A stretch of DNA of 64,000 nucleotides from Deinococcales bacterium (lineage in GTDB: Bacteria > Deinococcota > Deinococci > Deinococcales > JAAFIG01). Position numbers and translations under genes: made by a program. The notes beneath the pieces are model-generated. The model ran no database searches. It saw nothing but the letters and a program-made list of their open reading frames with translations, and had not been told where the DNA came from. Positions 46,967 to 56,438 of the stretch are shown one piece after another. Location of the stretch: NCBI GenBank assembly GCA_013298595.1, contig JAAFIG010000002.1:78781-142780 (forward strand). The letters run 5' to 3'. The number at the start of each line of letters is the position of its first letter. Position 1 is the first letter of the stretch.

Positions 46967-47923
46967 GTGGATATTCTCGAGTTATTGCGTTTCAATCTGC
47001 TTTCACCAATGGTCTTAGCGTTCTTACTGGGTTTACTGGCTGTTTGGGTGCGTTCTGATCTCAGCTTACCCAAAGATTTTGCAGCCATTATCAGTGTCTA
47101 CTTATTGTTCGCAATTGGCTTAAAAGGTGGTGCTGAACTTTCTGTCACACCATTCTCGAGCATTATTATGCCTATCATCGCCACTCTCATTTTAGGTGTG
47201 ATCACACCACTGATTGCTTTTTGGGTTTTACGAAAACGTTTTGATGCAACCAATGCAGCTGCTATTGCCGCGCATTATGGCAGTGTATCAGCAGTCACTT
47301 TTACAGCGGCTTTTACTTTTGCCCAAGTAAAATTTCCCAATGTCGAAGGTTTTATGCCAGCTTTGGTAGCAGTACTCGAGATACCAGGCATTGCCATTGC
47401 CATTGCTTTAGCAAAAAATACACAAAGTAAATCCCAGCATTTATGGCATGAACTTATAACAGGACGCAGTTTGTTTGTTTTACTTGGCGGCGTTGTCATT
47501 GGTTTACTGGCAGGCAAACCTGGTCTCGAGCAAGTGAAACCATTTTTTGTGGATCCATTTAAAGGGGTTTTAACCTTGTTTTTACTCGAGATGGGATTAA
47601 TTGCAGGGCAGCGTTTGCGTGACTTACAAAAAGCAGGTGTTTTCTTGGTTGGTTTTGCCACACTCATGCCAATTGTCTTTGGTTGCTTAGGCATCCTGTT
47701 AGCTCGAGTTGCAGGAATGAGTGAAGGTGGTGCTTTTGTGCTGGGGACAATGGCAGCCAGTGCCAGTTATATTGCTGCGCCAGCAGCGGTTCGAGTTGCA
47801 TTACCGGAAGCTAACCCTGCCTACTATCTTGGCTCGAGTATTGGTATGACATTTCCGTTTAATTTGACATTAGGCATTCCGTTATATGCACTTTTTGCCG
47901 AACTTGTTTATGGTTGGTTCTAA
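46967..47923 (+). CDS. SbtA/DUF897-family permease (putative Na+-dependent bicarbonate-type transporter)
   Basis: GTG start. LLSPMVLAFLLGLLAVWVRSDLSLP...YLLFAIGLKGG matches the DUF897/SbtA pattern. About 10 TM segments. Confidence 0.6.
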   Translation: MDILELLRFNLLSPMVLAFLLGLLAVWVRSDLSLPKDFAAIISVYLLFAIGLKGGAELSVTPFSSIIMPIIATLILGVITPLIAFWVLRKRFDATNAAAIAAHYGSVSAVTFTAAFTFAQVKFPNVEGFMPALVAVLEIPGIAIAIALAKNTQSKSQHLWHELITGRSLFVLLGGVVIGLLAGKPGLEQVKPFFVDPFKGVLTLFLLEMGLIAGQRLRDLQKAGVFLVGFATLMPIVFGCLGILLARVAGMSEGGAFVLGTMAASASYIAAPAAVRVALPEANPAYYLGSSIGMTFPFNLTLGIPLYALFAELVYGWF

Positions 47924-49005
47924 TTACCGACTAGCATCTGACTGAGTTCTCGAGCGATTCGTTCCATTGGTGCTTGATCTTGGTTACAAAGAATAATCAG
48001 GCTGGCTCGAGCGGCTGGGTATTTGATAAAAACGGTTCTGTAACCCGGTAATTCACCTGTGTGGACATAGCGTTTTTGCCCAAAGCGCTGATCTATAAAC
48101 CAACCAAAACCATAACTACCCAGTTTGGCAGTGAAAATTGTGGATGCTTCAGGTAATGTATCGAGTACTTGACTCCATTGGTACAAATCCTTGAGTGTGC
48201 TGACCAGTGCAGCATCGCCAGCAGGCGGGGTTAAAGCCAGTGGCGGAACTCTTTGCCAGTTTTTTGTGTAACCAACCGCAATGGTATTGCGGTTACTGCT
48301 TGGCTCGAGCATTAATGTAGAACGCAGTTTAACTGGTTTGAGAATAGTATCTTGGACAATTTGAGTAAAAGGTTGCCGACCAACTTGTTCAATTAATTTT
48401 GAAAGTACAATATAAGCTGTGTTGCTATAAGAAAATTTTGTTCCAGGCTTAAACTCGAGCGGGGCTTTATATGCTTGCTCAAGAATGGTTTGGGTGGCAT
48501 TTTCCCGAGTCATAAAATTCAAATACGTTTGGCTATGTAAACCAAGAGGTTTTTCATAATCAGCAATACCGCTCGAGTGATGAATGAGTTGACTAATGGT
48601 AATCAGTTTCCATTGCTTGGCGCAGGGTTTGAGGTATTTGCAAAGGCTATCTGTGAGTTTCAATTTACCTTGGTTACTGAGTTTTAAAGCTGTAATCGCT
48701 GTGAACATTTTTGAAATAGATGCCACATGGAATTTTGTACTGGGTAAGAAATTTTCTCGAGTTTTGCGGTTTGCTAATCCGTACCCTTGGCTCAACACAA
48801 TTTGATTATTCACAGCAAGTAATACTGCACCACTAAATTGTTCGGCTTTTACCAATTTTTCTAAATATAGATTTGCTTTTTGCGTTGTATTTTTTGATTG
48901 TGCAAAAATAATTCCGATACCAGACCCCAGAATTCCGATACTGTAACCAAAAAAAATCAATCCTCGAGCCAGCGTTTGGATATCATGAGGGTATCTGAAT
49001 AACAT
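47920..49005 (-). CDS. Serine hydrolase, beta-lactamase/PBP4* (class C-like) family
   Basis: SxxK motif SISK and YxN motif YSN. The start is uncertain (49005 chosen to avoid overlapping the divergent gene). Confidence 0.75.
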   Translation of the reverse strand: MLFRYPHDIQTLARGLIFFGYSIGILGSGIGIIFAQSKNTTQKANLYLEKLVKAEQFSGAVLLAVNNQIVLSQGYGLANRKTRENFLPSTKFHVASISKMFTAITALKLSNQGKLKLTDSLCKYLKPCAKQWKLITISQLIHHSSGIADYEKPLGLHSQTYLNFMTRENATQTILEQAYKAPLEFKPGTKFSYSNTAYIVLSKLIEQVGRQPFTQIVQDTILKPVKLRSTLMLEPSSNRNTIAVGYTKNWQRVPPLALTPPAGDAALVSTLKDLYQWSQVLDTLPEASTIFTAKLGSYGFGWFIDQRFGQKRYVHTGELPGYRTVFIKYPAARASLIILCNQDQAPMERIARELSQMLVGN

Positions 49006-49043
49006 ATCATTATGGTACCTGAACAAAAGGTGTAGAGTTTCGT

Positions 49044-50147
49044 ATGCGATTTTTATTAGCAGTTGGTGCATTGGCAGTAGCCGTCTCGAGTTTAGCTGCA
49101 CAACCAGCTTTAATGGCTCGAGGACAGTACAAAGTGGGCGTTAAAACCATGCAGCTCGAGTATGGGCAACGCAAATTAACCCTCGAGGTTTGGTATCCTG
49201 CTAAAACCGATACGCTCGAGCAAATTGTGTATCGTTCAACGGTGGGTGATACACCGTATGCCTTAGCTGGTAAAGCAGGTCGAGATGCCACAGCCCTAGA
49301 TGGTACATTTCCCATGTTGATTTATTCGCATGGGCAACCAGGAGCACGTTTCCAAGCAGCCTATCTACTCGAGCACTTAGCTTCGCAGGGTTTTGTGGTG
49401 GCAGCCATAGATCACGCAGATGCCACTTATGCCGATTTAAAACAAGAAAGTTATGTTTCTGGGTTGGTCAATCGTCCACTGGATATTTTGGCAGTGCTTA
49501 ACGATTTACCTAAGAAATTACCCAATGCCGATGGCAATAATGTCGGTTTGATTGGCTATAGTTATGGTGGTTACTCGAGTCTGAATGCGGCTGGCTTGGG
49601 TTTAGATAGTGCTACTTTAAAAGCCTATTGCCAACAAAGCAATAACGAAGGTCCATGTTTTGTTTTGCCGTACTTTGCTGCGCTCGAGGCAGCTCGAGGT
49701 ACACAAATTAGTCTTGACCCTCGGATTAAAGCAGTCATGGTTTTTGCACCTTATGGTATTCCGTGGTTATCAGCAAAAATGATTGCTGATATGAAAGTGC
49801 CTTTATTTGTTGGTGTTGGCAGTGCCGATACTGTTGCCACAGCCAGCCGAGATGCTTTTTCTTTATTTAAGCAAAGTGGCTCGAGTCAAAAGTATTTGTT
49901 AACCCTTGAAGCTGCCACCCATAATCCATGGATTGTTTGTCCGCCAGAAGTAAAAGTAAATGCTAAGGATTACGAAAGGTGCAGCGAACCAAATTGGGAT
50001 CATGCGGTTTCACATGGTTTAGCTCAGCATTTCGCAACCGCGTTTTTTGCTTTACAAATGCAAAAAAATACTGTAATGCGCCAATATTTAACCCCGAGTC
50101 TCGAGGGTGTGAGTGATAAGAACCGTGTCAAACTCGAGACTCGTTAA
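49044..50147 (+). CDS. Secreted alpha/beta hydrolase (PAF-acetylhydrolase/dienelactone-hydrolase-like)
   Basis: Signal peptide MRFLLAVGALAVAVSSLAA and nucleophile elbow GYSYGG. Confidence 0.7.
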   Translation: MRFLLAVGALAVAVSSLAAQPALMARGQYKVGVKTMQLEYGQRKLTLEVWYPAKTDTLEQIVYRSTVGDTPYALAGKAGRDATALDGTFPMLIYSHGQPGARFQAAYLLEHLASQGFVVAAIDHADATYADLKQESYVSGLVNRPLDILAVLNDLPKKLPNADGNNVGLIGYSYGGYSSLNAAGLGLDSATLKAYCQQSNNEGPCFVLPYFAALEAARGTQISLDPRIKAVMVFAPYGIPWLSAKMIADMKVPLFVGVGSADTVATASRDAFSLFKQSGSSQKYLLTLEAATHNPWIVCPPEVKVNAKDYERCSEPNWDHAVSHGLAQHFATAFFALQMQKNTVMRQYLTPSLEGVSDKNRVKLETR

Positions 50148-50152
50148 CAATT

Positions 50153-50677
50153 CTAATTGGTGATGGTGACTTTCCAATTAACCAGTACTGGTTTCAGGTT
50201 ACGTATCGAAATGCGTCCTTCAATAAAATAAGTGCCTGGTTTGCTGTCCTTAGGAATATTCAGGGTTGCTCCCATGCGGTATCTACCCAACGCAACTTGT
50301 GTGACTGTATTAATGGTTTCAGCATTAGAGATGCTGCTCGAGGTCGCAATCAGTTCAACTTCATCGCCCAAGAATCGCAAATTCCAATTCTCGGGCAGTA
50401 TCGAGGTTTCTAATGTGGCTAAATCTGCATTGACAAAAATATTCTTGCTACCAGAAAGTAAAATACTGCTGTCATTGCTTGCGCGAAATAAAGCCGCTGG
50501 TTGTAAACCAACTTTTGGAGCTTCGCCAAGTGATAAAAAGATTTGGTTATTGCTGCCTGCTTTGGTGATAAAGGCACTGATTGGTTCGATACGTAACGGG
50601 TTAAAAGAACCACCCGGCTCGAAAGAGCTGCATGCCGTGATAGAAAGTAAACTCAAGCAGAAAAGAATTTTTTTCAT
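50153..50677 (-). CDS. Hypothetical lipoprotein
   Basis: Lipobox LLSITAC|S. No other motifs. Confidence 0.6.
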   Translation of the reverse strand: MKKILFCLSLLSITACSSFEPGGSFNPLRIEPISAFITKAGSNNQIFLSLGEAPKVGLQPAALFRASNDSSILLSGSKNIFVNADLATLETSILPENWNLRFLGDEVELIATSSSISNAETINTVTQVALGRYRMGATLNIPKDSKPGTYFIEGRISIRNLKPVLVNWKVTITN

Positions 50678-50736
50678 AGATCAAGGGTAGCACAGGAATC
50701 AAAAAGTATAGCATCAGATTAAGGTATGCTAAAGCC

Positions 50737-51498
50737 ATGAAACCAGTGGTGATTAAATACGGTGGAAATGCGATGAAAAGTCTCGAGTTGCGTCGAGCGA
50801 TTGCCAGCGAAATTGCAGAGTTGCGCCAATCTCGAGCTGTGGTGGTGGTGCATGGTGGTGGTCCGGTCATAGAACGCGATTTAACACGTCTTGGTATTGA
50901 ATCGCATTTTTTGCGTGGGATGCGTGTGACCACGCCAGAAGCGATGGAAGTGATTGAAAAAGCCATTACTGTGCTAAGTAAAGCATTAGCCCAAGATATT
51001 GGTCATGCTATTGGTTTAACGGGGCGTGATGCCAATTTACTCGAGGCGAAAATGCTTGAGCCAGAATTTGGACGGGTTGGTAAGGTACGTCAAGTCAATA
51101 CCGAGTTAATTGAAATTTTGTTAGCCCAAGGTATTACGCCTGTGATTGGTTGTATTGCTGTGGATAGTGCTGGTGAAGCGCTGAACGTCAATGCGGATTG
51201 GGCAGCGGGTGCAGTGGCTGGTTTGCTCGAGACGGATATTGTTTTCTTAACCGATGTCAGTGGTGTGATGCGCGACCCCAAAGACCCAAGTAGCCTGATT
51301 CGGCAATTGACCGAATTTCAAGGGGTCGGTTTAATCGAAGATGGCGTTGTCACAGGTGGCATGATTCCTAAGGTTGAAGCGGCATTGAATGCACTAGCAA
51401 TGGGTGCGACCAGTGCTACTATTGCCAGCGGAATGACTGCAGGGGTACTGCGCTCAGCCTTACACGGAGAAGCAGGCACGACCCTGAAACCTAATTAG
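50737..51498 (+). CDS. argB: Acetylglutamate kinase
   Basis: VIKYGGNAM ... VVVHGGGP ... AAK-family pattern; 253 aa. Confidence 0.85.
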   Translation: MKPVVIKYGGNAMKSLELRRAIASEIAELRQSRAVVVVHGGGPVIERDLTRLGIESHFLRGMRVTTPEAMEVIEKAITVLSKALAQDIGHAIGLTGRDANLLEAKMLEPEFGRVGKVRQVNTELIEILLAQGITPVIGCIAVDSAGEALNVNADWAAGAVAGLLETDIVFLTDVSGVMRDPKDPSSLIRQLTEFQGVGLIEDGVVTGGMIPKVEAALNALAMGATSATIASGMTAGVLRSALHGEAGTTLKPN

Positions 51499-52748
51499 CG
51501 GGTGCTGTTCTCGAGCCAACCAAAAGCACGTTCCAGCCCTGTGTCTCGACCTTGGATCAGGGCTGATTGATTTTCGGCTAAGACATCGTTTGGAGTCACT
51601 CGAGATGGGAAAGGCTGCATATTTTCGTTCAAACTGCGCCCAACACTGACTGCTAAACTCGAGCCATCAGGTAAACTATAAAAAGTGTTGGTGGTGTTCA
51701 GTGCGCCAAGGGTTGGTTCGCCAACCACCCGAGCGCGTTTACTGCGTTGCAATAAATATGATACGTATTCTGGGGCGCTTTTGCTGCGTTGACTGGTGAG
51801 AATAACAATACGACCTTTAAAACGGGTTGGTTCTTTGACAATTTTAGCAATGTATCTCGAGCCATCCGATTCTTCTTGGCTGTAATTGCCATTGCTGACT
51901 TCAAAACGGGTGCGGGTTGTTTTAAAACTGGCATGGAATGTGGCATGTTCGATAAAAGCTGAGGTAACTGCCAGCATTTCTGTGACTAAACCACCTTTGC
52001 TATCGCGTAAATCGAGCACAATGCCACTGACATTTTTACTGATTGCTTCGCGCACTAAGGCATGAACTCGAGTGGCAATAGCAGATTTGAATTGGAAAAT
52101 CTCGAGAATAGCGATGTTATTACGAATTTCCAGTTGTGGCTGCCAGACACCTAAGGCTTTTGGGAAGATACTGACACTGCGTTTTGTGGTTTTTGTATTA
52201 CTGACTTCTAAACTCAAGGCTGCTTGGGTTTCGGCGCGCTGCACTGCTTCTAGGGCTTCTTTGCTGTTTTTGGCTTGCTCGAGTAGCAAATTATTGACTT
52301 TCCAAATTTGGTCACCACGGCGTAAACCAGCATTCCAAGCGGGGCTATTTTGCCGAACTCGAGTGATCAGTAAAGAACTGCTATCGGCAACTGGCTCGAG
52401 TTGAATACCAATACTCAGTTGTGTGGCTTGCCCGCTGCTTTCCCGTTCGCGGGCTTGGGTTTCGCTCGGACTGAGCAGATAGGTGTGTGGGTCGTTGAGT
52501 TCCTCGAGCATATTTTCCAGCAGAGGTGTGGCGGTTTCGCTTGGGCAAGGGTTGATGTTTTGGCAAGCCGATTCGAGTGCCCGAGTGTATGTTTGGCGTT
52601 CCCGACCATCAAAGTTGGCATAACCATAATAATTTTCTTCTAAGGTGTGCAGTGTTGTTTCGAGTAATTCAAAAGCAGGTGAGGCTGGTTGGGCATGACT
52701 CAACCCGAGCAATACTCCGCATAGGGTCAGCCAACGCAACTTGGACAT
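51495..52748 (-). CDS. S41-family C-terminal processing peptidase with PDZ domain
   Basis: Signal [22 protein letters not shown]-like [29 protein letters not shown]41 core [10 protein letters not shown]...[12 protein letters not shown]. Confidence 0.75.
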   Translation of the reverse strand: MSKLRWLTLCGVLLGLSHAQPASPAFELLETTLHTLEENYYGYANFDGRERQTYTRALESACQNINPCPSETATPLLENMLEELNDPHTYLLSPSETQARERESSGQATQLSIGIQLEPVADSSSLLITRVRQNSPAWNAGLRRGDQIWKVNNLLLEQAKNSKEALEAVQRAETQAALSLEVSNTKTTKRSVSIFPKALGVWQPQLEIRNNIAILEIFQFKSAIATRVHALVREAISKNVSGIVLDLRDSKGGLVTEMLAVTSAFIEHATFHASFKTTRTRFEVSNGNYSQEESDGSRYIAKIVKEPTRFKGRIVILTSQRSKSAPEYVSYLLQRSKRARVVGEPTLGALNTTNTFYSLPDGSSLAVSVGRSLNENMQPFPSRVTPNDVLAENQSALIQGRDTGLERAFGWLENSTR

Positions 52749-52994
52749 TTTTAAATTGTAATGTGTTTGGCTAATTTTGCATGAGGAGTCTCTTGACTTC
52801 TTGAGAAAACCCAGTACACTAGGTCTATGCTCCAACAGGGGCTTGTATAATTTAGTTCTCATTCTCCGCAGGTTCTCGCCTGCGGTCTTGTTGCGTCATC
52901 CATGATCGGCACTGGCAAACAAGGTTTCGGCTTTTCGGCGATTCGTTTTTCGCATAGCCAGACCACGTTCAAGTCTGGCAGACAGGGAGCAAGG

Positions 52995-55900
52995 ATGAAA
53001 GAAATCATCCGTTTCGGCACCATCAAGGAAATTCTCGAGCTTCCACGATTAGTGGAATTGCAAATTGGTTCGTTTAACCATTTTTTGCAAAAAGGTGTTC
53101 TGGCTAAAGACCGCGAGGACTTTGGTTTGCAAGGCGCATTCAGAGAGATCTTTCCCATAGACGAATCCGAGAAAAACCGCACAGGTGGTTTGGTCTTGGA
53201 TTTTCTCGAGTATGAATTGGGCGACCCGCCCTATAGTCCAGACGAAAGCCGCGATAAGGATTTAACTTATCAAGCGCCAATGTTTGCCAAATTACAACTC
53301 ATTCACCGCGATACTGGTCTGATTAAAGAAGACAAAGTCTTCCTTGGCGACCTACCCCTAATGACCGATGAAGGTAGCTTTATCGTCAATGGTGCAGACC
53401 GCGTGATTGTTTCACAAATTCACCGTTCACCTGGTGTGTACTTCACCAAATCGTACCGTGGTTCAAAACCACTTTACGCTGGTTCAATCATTCCAATGCC
53501 TAAACGCGGACCGTGGATTGAACTCGAGTTTGCCACTTCCGATGTGCTCGAAATGAAAGTCAATAAGCGCAAATTCCCAGTTACTATGTTGTTGCGGGTA
53601 CTGGGTTATGACGATCAATCGATGCGAAAAATCTTCAAAGGTGCCGATGCTGTTTTAGAAGCCACCTTTAACGAAGATAAAACCGCTGGTATGAGCGGCG
53701 AAGAAGCCTTGTTGCGTTTGTTCACTATTTTGCGTCCTGGTGACCCACCTAAGCGTGACAAAGCGGTTTCGTACTTGTATGGCTTACTCGCCGACCCAAA
53801 GCGTTACGATTTAGGTGATGCTGGTCGTTTCAAAGTCAACAGCAAACTTGGGATTAAAAACCCAGAAAAAACCTTGCTGATTTTTGAAGACGGACAATTT
53901 AAAGATGCTGGTTTAATCGCCACCATTCAGTACTTGTTAACCCTACAAAGCGGCGCAGAAGGCTACTCCGAAGACGACATCGACCACTTGGGTAATCGCC
54001 GTGTTCGTACCGTTGGCGAGTTGCTCGGCGACCAATTCCGTGTTGGCTTAGGGCGTATGGCAAGAGGCGTGCGTGAACGTATGTTACTTGGCAACCCAGA
54101 CGCTGCCACCCCAAGCAAATTGGTCAACAACCGCCCAATTGTGGCTGCTATGCGTGAATTCTTCGGACGTTCGCAACTCAGCCAATTCAAAGACCAAATT
54201 AATCCACTGGCAGAACTTCGTCACAAACGCCGTATTTCGGCGCTTGGACCGGGTGGTTTAACCCGTGAACGCGCAGGTTTCGATGTCCGCGACGTGCACC
54301 GTACCCATTACGGACGCATCTGCCCAATCGAAACACCAGAAGGCGCAAACATTGGTCTGATCTCGAGCTTGGCTTCATTTGCTAAGGTCAATCCACTTGG
54401 TTTTATCGAAGCACCCTACCGTAAAGTGGTCAAAGGCAAGCTGACCGATACCATCGAGTACATGGCAGCCCATACCGAAGACAAATACATTATCGCTCAA
54501 GCCAGTACCGTGGTAATTGATGGCATGTTATCGGGTCAAGTGGTAGCCCGTAAAAAAGGTGACCCTGTGATTGTGGCAGGCGAAGAATGCGATTACATGG
54601 ATGTGACCCCGAAACAAATTGTTTCGATCAGCACCAGTTTAATTCCATTCCTCGAGCACGACGACGCAAACCGTGCCCTCATGGGTAGCAATATGCAATC
54701 CCAAGCAGTGCCTTTGGTTCGTGCCGAACCACCGATGGTGGGTACGGGTATCGAAGAGCGTATTGTGCTTGATTCTGGTACCAATTTAATTTGCGATGTG
54801 GATGGCGAAGTTGTTGAAGTAGACGGTGCGAAAATTGTTGTCAAATACGGCAAAAATAACATCCGCGAATTCAAGCTAACCCGCTTCCAACGCAGCAATT
54901 ACGGCACCAACCACGATCAAAAACCAATTGTCAAACTAGGCGATACTGTCAAAGCTGGACAAGTCCTTGCCGATGGTCCTGCTTCACAAAATGGTCGTTT
55001 GGCACTGGGTCAGAATATCACCATTGCGATTATGCCTTTTGATGGTTACAACTACGAAGACGCGATTGTGCTGTCTGAAAACCTGATTCGCAAGGATTTC
55101 TACACCAGCATTCACATCGAAAAGCACGAAAAAGAGGCTCGAGATACCAAGCTCGGACCTGAGAAAATCACCAGAGATATCCCAGGTTTGTCCGAAGCTG
55201 CATTGCGCGACCTCGACGAGGACGGCATTGTCCGTGTTGGAGCCGAAGTCAAACAAGGTGATATCTTGGTAGGGCACACCAGCTTCAAGGGCGAAACCGA
55301 ACCAACCCCAGAAGAACGCTTGTTACGTTCGATTTTCGGCGAAAAAGCCAGAGAAGTCAAAGACACTTCGGCTCGAGTTCCATCGGGTGAAGGTGGCATT
55401 GTTATTCGTACAGTCCGCTTTAAGCGTGGCGAAGAAGGCGTGGACTTAAAACCTGGTGTGCGCGAAATGGTGCGTATTTACGTGGCGCAACGCCGCAAGT
55501 TGCAAGTCGGCGATAAGTTAGCCAATCGTCACGGTAACAAAGGTGTCGTGGCTCGTATCCAAGCCCCAGAAGATATGCCGTACTTACCAGATGGTACCCC
55601 AGTAGACCTTGTTTTCAATCCGCTTGGTGTGCCTAGCCGTATGAATCTTGGTCAAATCTTTGAGACGCACCTTGGTGAAGTTGCCCGTCGCATGGGAGTC
55701 AGTTTTGTTACTCCAGTTTTTGATAGTGCTACCGAAGCCCAAATTAAAGAACGTCTGATTTCCACTGCTAAAGAAGCCGTCGAAGCCCATGAAAAACTTG
55801 GTTATGGCATGGATAACCGTGAAGCCGAAGTGATTACTCGTGCCCAAAAACTCGGTGTGATTTCTATGGAAAACACCCTCGAGAAAGCTCGAGAAAACCT

Positions 55901-56363
55901 TTGGGGAACGGGTAAGACCACCTTGTTTGATGGTCGTACTGGCGAAGCCATCGAAGGTCCTGTGGTGGTTGGCACAATGTATGTCTTGAAGCTTTACCAC
56001 ATGGTTGAAGACAAGATGCACGCCCGTAGCACTGGACCCTACAGCTTGATTACTCAACAACCCTTGGGTGGTAAAGCCCAAAACGGTGGTCAACGCTTCG
56101 GTGAAATGGAAGTTTGGGCACTCGAGGCTTACGGCGCAGCTCATACTTTGCAAGAAATTTTGACGGTCAAATCTGACGATATCGGTGGACGCGACGATGC
56201 GTACCAAGCCATTGTCAAAGGCGAAGAAGTGCAGGATGCCAGCATTCCAGAGTCGTTCAAAGTGCTTGTCAAAGAACTTCACAGCCTCGGTTTAGATGTA
56301 CAAGTGCTTGACCAAAACGATAAAACCGTGGACATCTTTGAAGGAATGATGCCTAGAAGATAA
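52995..56363 (+). CDS. rpoB: DNA-directed RNA polymerase subunit beta
   Basis: Start at MKEIIRFG (GGGAG RBS). Universal motifs RHKRRISALGPGGL, NMQSQAVPL, LANRHGNKGV and GGQRFGEMEVWALEAYGAA. Confidence 0.97.
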   Translation: MKEIIRFGTIKEILELPRLVELQIGSFNHFLQKGVLAKDREDFGLQGAFREIFPIDESEKNRTGGLVLDFLEYELGDPPYSPDESRDKDLTYQAPMFAKLQLIHRDTGLIKEDKVFLGDLPLMTDEGSFIVNGADRVIVSQIHRSPGVYFTKSYRGSKPLYAGSIIPMPKRGPWIELEFATSDVLEMKVNKRKFPVTMLLRVLGYDDQSMRKIFKGADAVLEATFNEDKTAGMSGEEALLRLFTILRPGDPPKRDKAVSYLYGLLADPKRYDLGDAGRFKVNSKLGIKNPEKTLLIFEDGQFKDAGLIATIQYLLTLQSGAEGYSEDDIDHLGNRRVRTVGELLGDQFRVGLGRMARGVRERMLLGNPDAATPSKLVNNRPIVAAMREFFGRSQLSQFKDQINPLAELRHKRRISALGPGGLTRERAGFDVRDVHRTHYGRICPIETPEGANIGLISSLASFAKVNPLGFIEAPYRKVVKGKLTDTIEYMAAHTEDKYIIAQASTVVIDGMLSGQVVARKKGDPVIVAGEECDYMDVTPKQIVSISTSLIPFLEHDDANRALMGSNMQSQAVPLVRAEPPMVGTGIEERIVLDSGTNLICDVDGEVVEVDGAKIVVKYGKNNIREFKLTRFQRSNYGTNHDQKPIVKLGDTVKAGQVLADGPASQNGRLALGQNITIAIMPFDGYNYEDAIVLSENLIRKDFYTSIHIEKHEKEARDTKLGPEKITRDIPGLSEAALRDLDEDGIVRVGAEVKQGDILVGHTSFKGETEPTPEERLLRSIFGEKAREVKDTSARVPSGEGGIVIRTVRFKRGEEGVDLKPGVREMVRIYVAQRRKLQVGDKLANRHGNKGVVARIQAPEDMPYLPDGTPVDLVFNPLGVPSRMNLGQIFETHLGEVARRMGVSFVTPVFDSATEAQIKERLISTAKEAVEAHEKLGYGMDNREAEVITRAQKLGVISMENTLEKARENLWGTGKTTLFDGRTGEAIEGPVVVGTMYVLKLYHMVEDKMHARSTGPYSLITQQPLGGKAQNGGQRFGEMEVWALEAYGAAHTLQEILTVKSDDIGGRDDAYQAIVKGEEVQDASIPESFKVLVKELHSLGLDVQVLDQNDKTVDIFEGMMPRR

Positions 56364-56438
56364 AAGGCAAAAGGTGAAAGGTAAAAGTTTTTCTCATGCC
56401 TTTCGCCCTTTGCCCTTCGCCTCTCCGAAGGAGAAAAC

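Noticed and set aside
50601-50966. 121-aa minus-strand ORF spanning the lipoprotein/argB intergenic region
   Set aside because: It overlaps the well-supported argB 5' end in antisense and the lipoprotein start. It shows no coding signal.
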